Source: Candidatus Wolfebacteria bacterium (GTDB taxonomy: Bacteria; Patescibacteriota; Minisyncoccia; UBA6257; UBA9933). From it: 63,111 nucleotides of DNA. The stretch lies in contig JACRPK010000007.1 of the NCBI GenBank assembly GCA_016214005.1, forward strand, positions 1-63,111. The letters are read 5' to 3'. Below the pieces are notes generated by a model, which saw only the letters and a program-made list of their open reading frames with translations, ran no database searches and was not told where the DNA came from. Shown here one piece after another: positions 26,503 through 34,053 of this stretch; position 1 is the first letter of the stretch; every line of letters starts with the position of its first letter. Position numbers and translations under genes: made by a program.

Positions 26503-27981
26503 TTATTTTAAAATAATTTTATAATCGTTTTCTGAAATTATATTTGTCTCGCTTGGTAAAATATAATAAATATTTTTTTCTTTTTGTTTTTCGGATGTAA
26601 ATGTGTCAGTAATAAACATTATGGTTTGAGTTGGCATTGGAATGCCTCTTACCAAAATGCCGCCTGCTTCAATTATCACATATTTTTTAAGTTCTTTTGG
26701 CAGAGAGTTTAATTGACGACCGATATTAACATAGTTTTGATTAAATGATCCGGCAACTTCTGGATTTTTCCCCCATTTGTAAAAATAGCTAATATAAGAA
26801 TCAAAAATCAAAATTATTAAAAATATTATTATTGAATAATTTAAAAGCGCTTTTTTAATCTTATTATTATCGCAGTCGGTAAAATTTTTTAATGTTTGAT
26901 AAACATAAATTCCTCCGATTCCCGCGAAAATAAAAACTGCCGGCGCCATTAAAATTGCGCGCAGGGCATGCGGCATTCCTTCATTGGAAATAATAACCGG
27001 TAAAGCGGCAACGGCAAGCCAAGAAAAAATAATGATATTATTTTTTTTAAAAAATTTTCGCGCGCTTAAAACTATTCCAATCAAGAATAAAATTCCGACT
27101 GGCCAAAAAAGTAATGGCGCGCCGGCTATATTATGCCGCCAGTTTAAGTCGCCCTTAAAATTGAACATTGTGGCAGTTTTTAAAACATTTGAACCTAAAT
27201 CTTTTAATGGAGTTTGAGAATTGAAAATTGAAATTTGCGCGGTGCGGCCGAAAAAGTCTTGCGGATTTTTAAGAAAATAAATTCCAAGAGGCGCGGCAAC
27301 GATAAAAGTGAAAATTAAAAAGCAGGATGCGGAAATAAAAATTTTGCGGCGAATTTGCTTATCTTTATTTTGCAGCCAATACAAGGCGATAATTATTAAA
27401 ATTAAAAGCGGAGTGGCGCGGTAGGCGATGTAGGAATAAAAACCAAGTCCGTAAAATATTCCTCCTGCCAGCGATAAAAATAAAAGATTTCTTTTTTCTA
27501 AATTATTAAATGATTTTAATAAAAAATAAATTGCCCAAGTCAAGAAAAATGGAGCCATTATAGCGCGAAAGCCAATGCGGGAAAAATTAATATGCCAAAA
27601 GCTTGTGGCGATGAAAAAAGACGATAATAAGGCAATGGCATCGCCGTGAGAATTTTTTTTAAATAATTCTTTAGTTAAAAAATAAATTCCCAAAATAGTT
27701 AAAATTCCGAATATTGAACTGACGGATCTCAATGCCCATGGCTCATTGCCCAATAATTTGATTGCCAGCGTTTGAATGTTTATAAATAATCCTTCTCGGC
27801 CGTTATTTTCCGGATAAAATAATTTAAATTGCCCGCTGGGCGATAGGGCTTCTAAGGCGTTGTTGCCGTTCATAGCTTCGTCCGGATAAAGTCCGGGCGG
27901 TAATTCAGTTATATTGTATAAGCGAAAAAAAGAAGCTATGATTATAATAATAAATAATAAAAAGGCGGATTTTTTACTCAT
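26503..27981 (-). CDS. GT39/ArnT-like (PMT_2) polytopic glycosyltransferase
   Basis: 492 aa and multi-TM, with an N-terminal loop containing PPGLYPDEA (DE-type motif), typical of dolichyl-/undecaprenyl-phosphate-sugar-dependent transferases. Confidence 0.7.
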   Translation of the reverse strand: MSKKSAFLLFIIIIIASFFRLYNITELPPGLYPDEAMNGNNALEALSPSGQFKLFYPENNGREGLFINIQTLAIKLLGNEPWALRSVSSIFGILTILGIYFLTKELFKKNSHGDAIALLSSFFIATSFWHINFSRIGFRAIMAPFFLTWAIYFLLKSFNNLEKRNLLFLSLAGGIFYGLGFYSYIAYRATPLLILIIIALYWLQNKDKQIRRKIFISASCFLIFTFIVAAPLGIYFLKNPQDFFGRTAQISIFNSQTPLKDLGSNVLKTATMFNFKGDLNWRHNIAGAPLLFWPVGILFLIGIVLSARKFFKKNNIIIFSWLAVAALPVIISNEGMPHALRAILMAPAVFIFAGIGGIYVYQTLKNFTDCDNNKIKKALLNYSIIIFLIILIFDSYISYFYKWGKNPEVAGSFNQNYVNIGRQLNSLPKELKKYVIIEAGGILVRGIPMPTQTIMFITDTFTSEKQKEKNIYYILPSETNIISENDYKIILK

Positions 27982-27988
27982 AGATTAA

Positions 27989-28270
27989 TTAATCTCCAAA
28001 CAAAAGCCTTATTGCGGCGCGGCAGACATCGGAATAAACTCCGCCGCTGATGCGTATTTTATTTTCAGAAACGCTGATTGATTTTGTGCCGTTTTGATAT
28101 TTAATATAGCTACCTTCAACATAGCCGATTTTTCTGCCTTCTTTATCATAAATATCATTGGATTTAAAATAGCCGATTTTGTTGCCGCTTTCGTTGAAAA
28201 TGTCGTTTTCTCGTATCCAGCCGATTTTTTCTCCATCTTGGATTATGTCGTTTGAAATAATTTTAATCAT
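27989..28270 (-). CDS. Hypothetical small protein with three ~16-aa G-x-KIGY/W repeats
   Basis: GEKIGWIRENDIF / GNKIGYFKSNDIY / GRKIGYVEGSYIK. Confidence 0.45.
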   Translation of the reverse strand: MIKIISNDIIQDGEKIGWIRENDIFNESGNKIGYFKSNDIYDKEGRKIGYVEGSYIKYQNGTKSISVSENKIRISGGVYSDVCRAAIRLLFGD

Positions 28271-28442
28271 AATTATAATTTTACTCTATAAAATCTTTTT
28301 TCGCTATACATCTCAGAATAGTAAATTTCAAAAAACGCGGCTTCGCTCGCCAAAAAAATACGCTTTTCAGAACCGCTCTTTGATTTTTTCCTATGAGATG
28401 CAGTTAAAATAGAATAATCTTTTTCACAGCGAATATTACCGG

Positions 28443-28554
28443 AAAATGCCATAAAATTCATCAGTTTATAGCGTCGTGAGCCAGGTCCCCGAGGAGCGTA
28501 AGCGACGAGTTGGGTGGCGAACAGCGTAATAAACTGATAGAATTTTGGCATTTG
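28443..28554 (+). other. ~112-nt imperfect long hairpin with an AT-rich basal stem and a GC-rich ~56-nt core (candidate structured RNA or palindromic element)
   Basis: AAAATGCCATAAAATTCATCAGTTTAT pairs with ATAAACTGATAGAATTTTGGCATTT (two bulges). The core is GCGTCGTGAGCCAGGTCCCCGAGGAGCGTAAGCGACGAG..., which is far more GC-rich than the surrounding sequence. Confidence 0.5.
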
Positions 28555-28561
28555 GAGGTGT

Positions 28562-29227
28562 ATGAGGTCTAGAAGAGAAACGGAGAATTGTATTAAAAAA
28601 GGCTTGATTTCTTGCAACGGAAAAATTGTTAAAAAGTTAGGTTTCCAAATAGATCCCCAAAAAGACAAAATAAAAATTTTAACTCCGCAAAAATCCGGAG
28701 ATTTTAATAAAAAAATGACGATTGCCTTGAATAAGCCGAGGGGATTTGTTTGTTCAAGAAATAAATCCGAAGGGAAGACAATTTTTGAAATCTCAGATGA
28801 TTTTTTAAATTTAAACGCTGTTGGTCGGCTGGATAAAGAAAGCGAGGGTTTAATTTTGCTTTCTAATGATGGGGTAATAACTTCTGCGATAACCGGTAGC
28901 GATCATAAAATAGAAAAAGAGTATGAAGTGAAAACGCGCGAGAAAATAAACGTCGCTAAAATTAAAAAAATGGAAACCGGCATAATGCTTGATAATGGCC
29001 TCACTTTACCGGCAAAAGCGCGGCTGATGGGCGACAAAACTTTCAGGATAATTTTGCGCGAAGGCAGAAAACATCAAATTCGCAGAATGGCGGCGGCGCT
29101 CAATTTAACAATTGTAAAATTAAAAAGATTAAGAATAGGGAATACGCAATTAGGAAAATTAATTTCAGGAGAATATAGGAGGCTCTCGGAAGAAGAAGTT
29201 AAAAATCTTAAGAGTTTGGCAAGATGA
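28562..29227 (+). CDS. Pseudouridine synthase, RsuA/RluB family (short S4-like N-terminus)
   Basis: SRRETENCIKKGLISCNGKIV (S4 remnant), catalytic GRLDKESEGLILLSNDG, and GRKHQIRRM. Confidence 0.88.
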   Translation: MRSRRETENCIKKGLISCNGKIVKKLGFQIDPQKDKIKILTPQKSGDFNKKMTIALNKPRGFVCSRNKSEGKTIFEISDDFLNLNAVGRLDKESEGLILLSNDGVITSAITGSDHKIEKEYEVKTREKINVAKIKKMETGIMLDNGLTLPAKARLMGDKTFRIILREGRKHQIRRMAAALNLTIVKLKRLRIGNTQLGKLISGEYRRLSEEEVKNLKSLAR

Positions 29228-29273
29228 TTTTAGAAAGATAGTTTTAAAAACAAATTTGTGATAATCTTTAAAA

Positions 29274-30041
29274 ATGTCTAAATATTATAATCCCAAAAAA
29301 ACACGAAATCTTTTTGACAAAGACAATAAAGAGCCGTTTGTTATAAGCCGCAGTGGCGTTGATCTTTTTTCAGAATGCCCAAGGTGTTTTTTTATTGATA
29401 AAAAATTGGGAACAAGCCGTCCGCCGGGATACCCTTTTTCACTAAACAACGCGGTTGACGCTCTTTTGAAAAAAGAATTTGACAGCCATCGCGCTGATGG
29501 AATTGCCCATCCCTTGATGGAGGCTTACGGCATTGACGCCGTGCCTTATCCGCACGAAGAGCTTGAAAAATGGCGAGAATCGCGAACAGCCGGAATAAGA
29601 TTTTTTCATGAGCCGACGAATTTGATTTTACGCGGCGGCATTGATGACATTTGGATAAATTCAAAAGGCGAACTTCATATAGTTGATTACAAAGCAACTT
29701 CAAAGAATGAAGAAGTTAATTTAGACGCCGATTGGCAAATCGGTTATAAACGCCAGGTTGAAGTTTACCAATGGCTGTTTCGCCAAAATGGATTTAAAGT
29801 TTCAGACATTGCTTATTTTGTTTATTGTAACGGTCTTACGGACAGGGAAGCTTTTGATGCCAAACTCGAATTTGATGTGAAGGTTATTCCTTATAATGGA
29901 GATGATTCTTGGGTGGAAGGAATTTTAAAAGATATTAAAAAATGCCTTAAAGACGATAAATTGCCGGAAAGCGGAAGGGATTGCGATTATTGCGCTTATT
30001 TTAAAGCGAGAGGCTGTTTAGAAAAAGAAAAATCCGCTTAA
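29274..30041 (+). CDS. PD-(D/E)XK nuclease with a Cas4/AddB-type four-cysteine cluster
   Basis: N-terminal CPRC, GGIDDIW, VDYKATSK (D..D/ExK), QVEVYQW (QxxxY), and the C-terminal CDYCAYFKARGC (CxxCx5C). Confidence 0.7.
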   Translation: MSKYYNPKKTRNLFDKDNKEPFVISRSGVDLFSECPRCFFIDKKLGTSRPPGYPFSLNNAVDALLKKEFDSHRADGIAHPLMEAYGIDAVPYPHEELEKWRESRTAGIRFFHEPTNLILRGGIDDIWINSKGELHIVDYKATSKNEEVNLDADWQIGYKRQVEVYQWLFRQNGFKVSDIAYFVYCNGLTDREAFDAKLEFDVKVIPYNGDDSWVEGILKDIKKCLKDDKLPESGRDCDYCAYFKARGCLEKEKSA

Positions 30042-30817
30042 GCGGATTTTTCTTTATACATTTTCCAAAGCGCGTCTGTCTTTCCTTTCATTTTTTCTTG
30101 GCTTGATTTTATAAATGCAGTTATTTTTTCTTTTTTGATTTTTACGAATGTCAATGATTTTTCTTTTTGCGCATTCATAAACGGAATCAAATAATCTTTT
30201 TTCATCCAAGAAAAGTATCCCAAGGCGATTAAAATTATTAAGCCAATAGTCCCGAATATAGTTTTTTTGCCATAGATTTTTTCTGATATTGTTTTGGCAG
30301 GCGCAACTGATTCTATTAAAGCGGTTAAGGGCTGGCTGTAGGGTTGATTTTCTGATAATGTTTGGCTTTCGATTTGACCTTTTGAGTTTGAGTTAATCGC
30401 AGTTGTTTGGGATTTTTTATTTTTTGCGGCCATTGCTGATTTTGCGGCAATATTTGAATTGATTGCCGTAAGATTAATTTTCACTCCACCAAGGGTTTGA
30501 TTAAGGGAAGCGCTTATTTCCGGATTGATTTCATCATTTTGGATTTTTGTTTGTACTGATTTTAACGTGAGTTGAAGATTATCTAGCGCATTTTTAAGAA
30601 CGATTGTTTCGTTTGTTTGCTGGCTGGCTTGAGATTGGCCGGCTTGTTTTTGCAATTCAACAAGAGTTTGTTTCATCGTTTCAAGCTGGGCGTTTAAAAT
30701 CGCGGCGTTTTGGCTGCTGATAGCTTGCGCTGTTTGAGCAGAGGCCGAAGCCGGATTCATAAATATTCCAAAACCGAATCCAATAACCAAGGCAACAATA
30801 ATATAAGATGTTTTCAT
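30038..30817 (-). CDS. Hypothetical secreted/membrane protein (signal peptide, Q/N/S-rich coiled region, C-proximal TM helix)
   Basis: 259-aa ORF. N-terminal MKTSYIIVALVIGFGFGIF and a later helix TIFGTIGLIILIALGYFSW. Confidence 0.55.
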   Translation of the reverse strand: MKTSYIIVALVIGFGFGIFMNPASASAQTAQAISSQNAAILNAQLETMKQTLVELQKQAGQSQASQQTNETIVLKNALDNLQLTLKSVQTKIQNDEINPEISASLNQTLGGVKINLTAINSNIAAKSAMAAKNKKSQTTAINSNSKGQIESQTLSENQPYSQPLTALIESVAPAKTISEKIYGKKTIFGTIGLIILIALGYFSWMKKDYLIPFMNAQKEKSLTFVKIKKEKITAFIKSSQEKMKGKTDALWKMYKEKSA

Positions 30818-30987
30818 ATTTTTTTATTTATTTTTAGTAGACCTTTCTGAATTTCTGGATTATTGAGTTGACAAAGAACTTTTTACCTTGAGTCTTAATC
30901 AAGGTTTATACGCCCGATAAATCTATAAGGGGCTTTAAATTGCTTTTATTATTATAAAATAAATTAAATATTTTGCAATAGTTAAAT

Positions 30988-31016
30988 AAAAACAGCCCAT
31001 TTTAGAGGCTGTTTTT
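30988..31016 (-). terminator. Rho-independent terminator downstream of the peroxiredoxin gene
   Basis: AAAAACAGCC-N9-GGCTGTTTTT. On the minus strand the stem is followed by a T-run. Confidence 0.65.
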
Positions 31017-31031
31017 ATTTTTGAGATAAAT

Positions 31032-31598
31032 TTATATTTTTCCGACCAAGTCCAGTCCCGGTTTTAATGTTTTTTTACCGGGAGTCCAGCTTGCCGGACA
31101 AACTAAACCTTTATTTTGAGAAACAAATTTTGCCGCCTGAACTTTTCTTAAAAGTTCATTGGCGCTTCTGCCAATGCTGTTATCGTGGATTTCATAGGCT
31201 TTGATTGTTCCGTTAGGATCAATTATAAAGCTGGCGCGCAATGATAATCCTTCGTCTTCGATATATGTGCCGAAGTATTTGCAGAGTTTTGCGCTTGGAT
31301 CGGCTGCCATTGGATATTTTACTTTTTTGATAGCCGCCGAGTTATCGTGCCAAGCTTTATGGACGAAAATCGTGTCAGTTGAAACGCTTATGATTTCTGC
31401 TCCCAATTTTTGGAATTCTTTATAGTTATCAGCCAATTCTTGAAGTTCAGTCGGGCAGATAAAAGTGAAATCAGCAGGATAAAAAACTAAAACAACCCAT
31501 TTGCCCCTATAATCCCCGAATTTTACTTTTTTAGTTTTATCGCTGTGATAAATTTCAAATTCAAAATCAGGGACTTTTTTACCGATTAAATTTTCCAT
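31032..31598 (-). CDS. 2-Cys peroxiredoxin (AhpC/Prx1 family)
   Basis: FYPADFTFICPTEL (peroxidatic Cys) and GLVCPASW (resolving Cys). The start was moved to the ATG at 31598 because the longer ORF runs into the tRNA-Leu gene. Confidence 0.9.
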   Translation of the reverse strand: MENLIGKKVPDFEFEIYHSDKTKKVKFGDYRGKWVVLVFYPADFTFICPTELQELADNYKEFQKLGAEIISVSTDTIFVHKAWHDNSAAIKKVKYPMAADPSAKLCKYFGTYIEDEGLSLRASFIIDPNGTIKAYEIHDNSIGRSANELLRKVQAAKFVSQNKGLVCPASWTPGKKTLKPGLDLVGKI

Positions 31599-31643
31599 TT
31601 TTTTATTATTCTTAATAATTATTTCCGACCTTTTTAAGTTTTG

Positions 31644-31724
31644 TGCTCGGGGCGGGACTCGAACCCGCATGTCTTGCGACGCATCATCTTAAGTGATGTG
31701 CGTATGCCATTTCGCCACCCGAGC
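31644..31724 (-). tRNA. tRNA-Leu (anticodon UAA), class II with a long variable arm
   Basis: The reverse complement folds as: acceptor GCTCGGG/CCCGAGC, anticodon stem-loop CATCA-CTTAAGA-TGATG, T arm GCGGG-TTCGAGT-CCCGC. Confidence 0.85.
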
Positions 31725-31799
31725 TGGAGGCCTGGGGCGGAATCGAACCGCCGTATAAGGGTTTTGCAGACCCTTGCTTTACCACTTAGCAACCAGGCC
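31725..31799 (-). tRNA. tRNA-Cys (anticodon GCA), CCA encoded
   Basis: In the reverse complement: acceptor GGCCTGG/CCAGGCC, anticodon loop CTGCAAA, T loop TTCGATT, 3' TCCA. Confidence 0.85.
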
Positions 31800-31820
31800 A
31801 CTTAAAAATTATAATGAAAT

Positions 31821-33305
31821 TTACATCCAAATCAATTTATCTCCTTCATTGATTTTGATTTCCGATTCAAACATAAATCCGCATTCTTCGCCGCTTGAGA
31901 CTTGATTTGCGTCTTGCTTATGTTTTTTAATGTTAGTGATTTTCCCATTGCCGATTTCTTTTTCGGCTCTTAAAATTTTCAAACGCTGATTATTTTTAAA
32001 AACTCCGGAAACAACGCGTCCGCCGATAAGCTGTTCTTCTCCCTGCCTGCCGGCAGGCAGGCTTTTTGAGCTGAAAATTTTTATTGTTTCAAAAATTCCC
32101 TGGGGAACCGGTTTTGCCAAAAGTTTTATTTCATCTTTTATCGCTTCAACAAGCTCGTAAATAATTTCCGAAGAAATAATTTTTATATTGCTTATTTTGG
32201 CGGCGCTTTCCGCTATTTTATTCTGTTTTGTTTTAAAGGCGATAATTATTGACTTGCTGGAATCGGCGTTTTTAACATCGCCATCGGTTATTTCACCGAT
32301 TGATTCGGAGATAATTCGCGTTTTGATATCTTCAAAACTTATATTTTTGGCGATTTCCGAAAGAATTTCCAAAGAGCCGGAAACATCAGATTTGAGAATT
32401 AAATTCAATTTTCTAAAATTTTCAGCTTCAATTATCGGCTGGCTTTTTATTTTTTCAATTTGCGGAATTTGGATTTCAGCTAAATCAATATTGCCGGCAA
32501 TAAATTCTTCGCCGATTTGCGGCAGAGTTTCAAATCCTAAAATCATTGCCGGGCCGGAAGGGGATAATTCGTCAGTTTTTTTGCCCAAAAAATCTTCTAA
32601 AATTTTTATTTTCCCGCAAGCGCTTTTGGTGGCGATTCTTGAACCGGTTTTTAAAATTCCGTTTTTAACAATTGCGGAAACAACAATGCCCCTGCGGCTG
32701 TCTGCTTTGGCTTCTATAATCACGCCGCTGGCATTGGCTTTTGGTTCATAGGTTAAATTTTCCATTTCAGCGGCAAGCAATATCAAGTCAAGGAGCTCGT
32801 TAACTCCTTGTCCATTTTTGGCGGAAATCGCTTGCCAGGAAATATTGCTGCCATAACCTTCAAGAAAAACATTATTCGCCATTAAATCATTTTTTGCTTT
32901 TTCAATGTCCGCTCCGGGCTTATCAATTTTATTTATCGCCACAATAAAAGGAGTTTTTGAAGAATTTAAAATTTCAATTGATTCTTTGGTTTGGGGCTTG
33001 ATGCCATCGTCGGCAGCCACAACTAAAATCGCCAAATCAGCGACATTGGCTCCTCTTGCGCGCATTTTTGAAAAAGCTTCGTGCCCGGGAGTATCAATAA
33101 AAGTAATTTTTTTTTCATTATGTTTAATTTCATAAGCGCCGATTGATTGGGTGATGCCGCCGGCTTCTTTGGCAACGATGTTTGTTTTGCGGATATAATC
33201 AAGCAAAGTGGTTTTGCCGTGGTCAACATGACCCATTATCACAACAATGGGCGAACGCGGCGTCAAATTTTCAATTTTCAATTTTGAATTTTCAATTTTT
33301 GACAT
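31821..33305 (-). CDS. infB: Translation initiation factor IF-2 (short form, 494 aa)
   Basis: G domain VVIMGHVDHGKTTLLD, DTPGHEAF, NKIDK; the C-terminal domains are present. Confidence 0.93.
   Translation of the reverse strand: MSKIENSKLKIENLTPRSPIVVIMGHVDHGKTTLLDYIRKTNIVAKEAGGITQSIGAYEIKHNEKKITFIDTPGHEAFSKMRARGANVADLAILVVAADDGIKPQTKESIEILNSSKTPFIVAINKIDKPGADIEKAKNDLMANNVFLEGYGSNISWQAISAKNGQGVNELLDLILLAAEMENLTYEPKANASGVIIEAKADSRRGIVVSAIVKNGILKTGSRIATKSACGKIKILEDFLGKKTDELSPSGPAMILGFETLPQIGEEFIAGNIDLAEIQIPQIEKIKSQPIIEAENFRKLNLILKSDVSGSLEILSEIAKNISFEDIKTRIISESIGEITDGDVKNADSSKSIIIAFKTKQNKIAESAAKISNIKIISSEIIYELVEAIKDEIKLLAKPVPQGIFETIKIFSSKSLPAGRQGEEQLIGGRVVSGVFKNNQRLKILRAEKEIGNGKITNIKKHKQDANQVSSGEECGFMFESEIKINEGDKLIWM
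32042..32061. repeat. Perfect 20-bp GC-rich palindrome CCTGCCTGCCGGCAGGCAGG inside infB
   Basis: The sequence is its own reverse complement. It encodes LPAGRQG in the infB frame. Confidence 0.95.
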
Positions 33306-33347
33306 CTTGTAAAACTATCAAACATTTGCGATAATTACAAGGATTTT

Positions 33348-33670
33348 TGGAGGCGTGCCCCCACACTAATTGAGTTTTTAAAATTATGTTCTTTGTGTAT
33401 ATTTTGCAAAGTTTAAAAGATAAAAATTTATATATTGGGTCAACTAATGATTTGAGACGAAGGATAGAAGAACATAATTCCGGAAAATCTAAATCTACAA
33501 AGTTGAGAGTGCCTTTCAAATTGATTTATTACGAAGTGTATGTGTCAGAAAATGATGCCAGAATAAGAGAGCATAATCTTAAACTTAATGCTCGCGCTCT
33601 TGGCCAATTAAAACGAAGACTTGCTAATGCTTTATTAAATAATTAAACTCAATTAGTGTGGAGGCGTGCC
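33348..33670 (+). mobile_element. GIY-YIG mini-cassette: a 12-nt direct repeat of the tRNA-Ser 5' end, 13-nt terminal inverted repeats, and a single 86-aa ORF
   Basis: TGGAGGCGTGCC occurs at 33348-33359 and at 33659-33670. CACACTAATTGAG (33363-33375) is the inverse of CTCAATTAGTGTG (33648-33660). Confidence 0.7.
33386..33646 (+). CDS. GIY-YIG nuclease domain protein (UPF0213/YhbQ-like)
   Basis: FVYILQSLKDKNLYIGSTNDLRRRIEEHN...: the GIY..YIG, R and E core motifs. Confidence 0.85.
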   Translation: MFFVYILQSLKDKNLYIGSTNDLRRRIEEHNSGKSKSTKLRVPFKLIYYEVYVSENDARIREHNLKLNARALGQLKRRLANALLNN

Positions 33671-33749
33671 TGAGCGGCTTAAAGGAGCATCCTGCTAAGA
33701 TGTTGTCCGGGAAACCGGACCGAAGGTTCAAATCCTTCCGCCTCCGCCA
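33660..33749 (+). tRNA. tRNA-Ser (anticodon GCU), class II, CCA encoded
   Basis: Acceptor GGAGGCG/CGCCTCC, anticodon loop CTGCTAA, a long variable arm, T arm GAAGG-TTCAAAT-CCTTC, 3' GCCA. Confidence 0.85.
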
Positions 33750-33782
33750 AAAATTTGATATAATAAAAATGAAATTATAAAT

Positions 33783-34052
33783 ATGAAAAATATTAAGAAA
33801 AATAAAATAGATAAAAAAGACGATGTATTAGGAGTTCTTTTGAGAGAAATTTTTAAATTGGAAAAGAAGATGGATGTGGGATTTCATGATTTGCATAATA
33901 ATTTTAATGAACTTCAAAAATCTGTGGATAGTTATGCCAAAAGAGCAGACGCATATTTCCAAGAGATGGCAATGCTTTCGCATCAAATTAATCGCCATGA
34001 TAGATGGATTAGACAAATTGCCGAAAAAATGGGAGTAAAATTAGAATCTTAA
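33783..34052 (+). CDS. Hypothetical small coiled-coil protein
   Basis: 89-aa ORF ending 1 nt before the tail-fibre-like gene. No family recognised. Confidence 0.45.
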   Translation: MKNIKKNKIDKKDDVLGVLLREIFKLEKKMDVGFHDLHNNFNELQKSVDSYAKRADAYFQEMAMLSHQINRHDRWIRQIAEKMGVKLES

Positions 34053-34053
34053 T

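Noticed and set aside
28443-28554. Identification of the GC-rich hairpin as the 4.5S/SRP RNA, because it contains CAGGUCC as in SRP helix 8
   Set aside because: The apical loop would be CCGA or GUAA in a non-matching register. The conserved GGAA-GGAAGCAGC 3' side is absent (here it reads GGAGCGUAAGC). My manual fold does not reproduce the symmetric and asymmetric loops. It is kept only as an unassigned structured element.
28273-28668. A 131-aa minus-strand ORF
   Set aside because: It spans the intergenic hairpin and overlaps the 5' end of the well-supported pseudouridine synthase gene. It has no start context or recognisable domain, so it is probably non-coding.
31599-31670. The N-terminal 24 codons of the 212-aa peroxiredoxin ORF
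   Set aside because: The extension overlaps the tRNA-Leu(UAA) gene, and the conserved Prx sequence starts at the internal ATG (31598).
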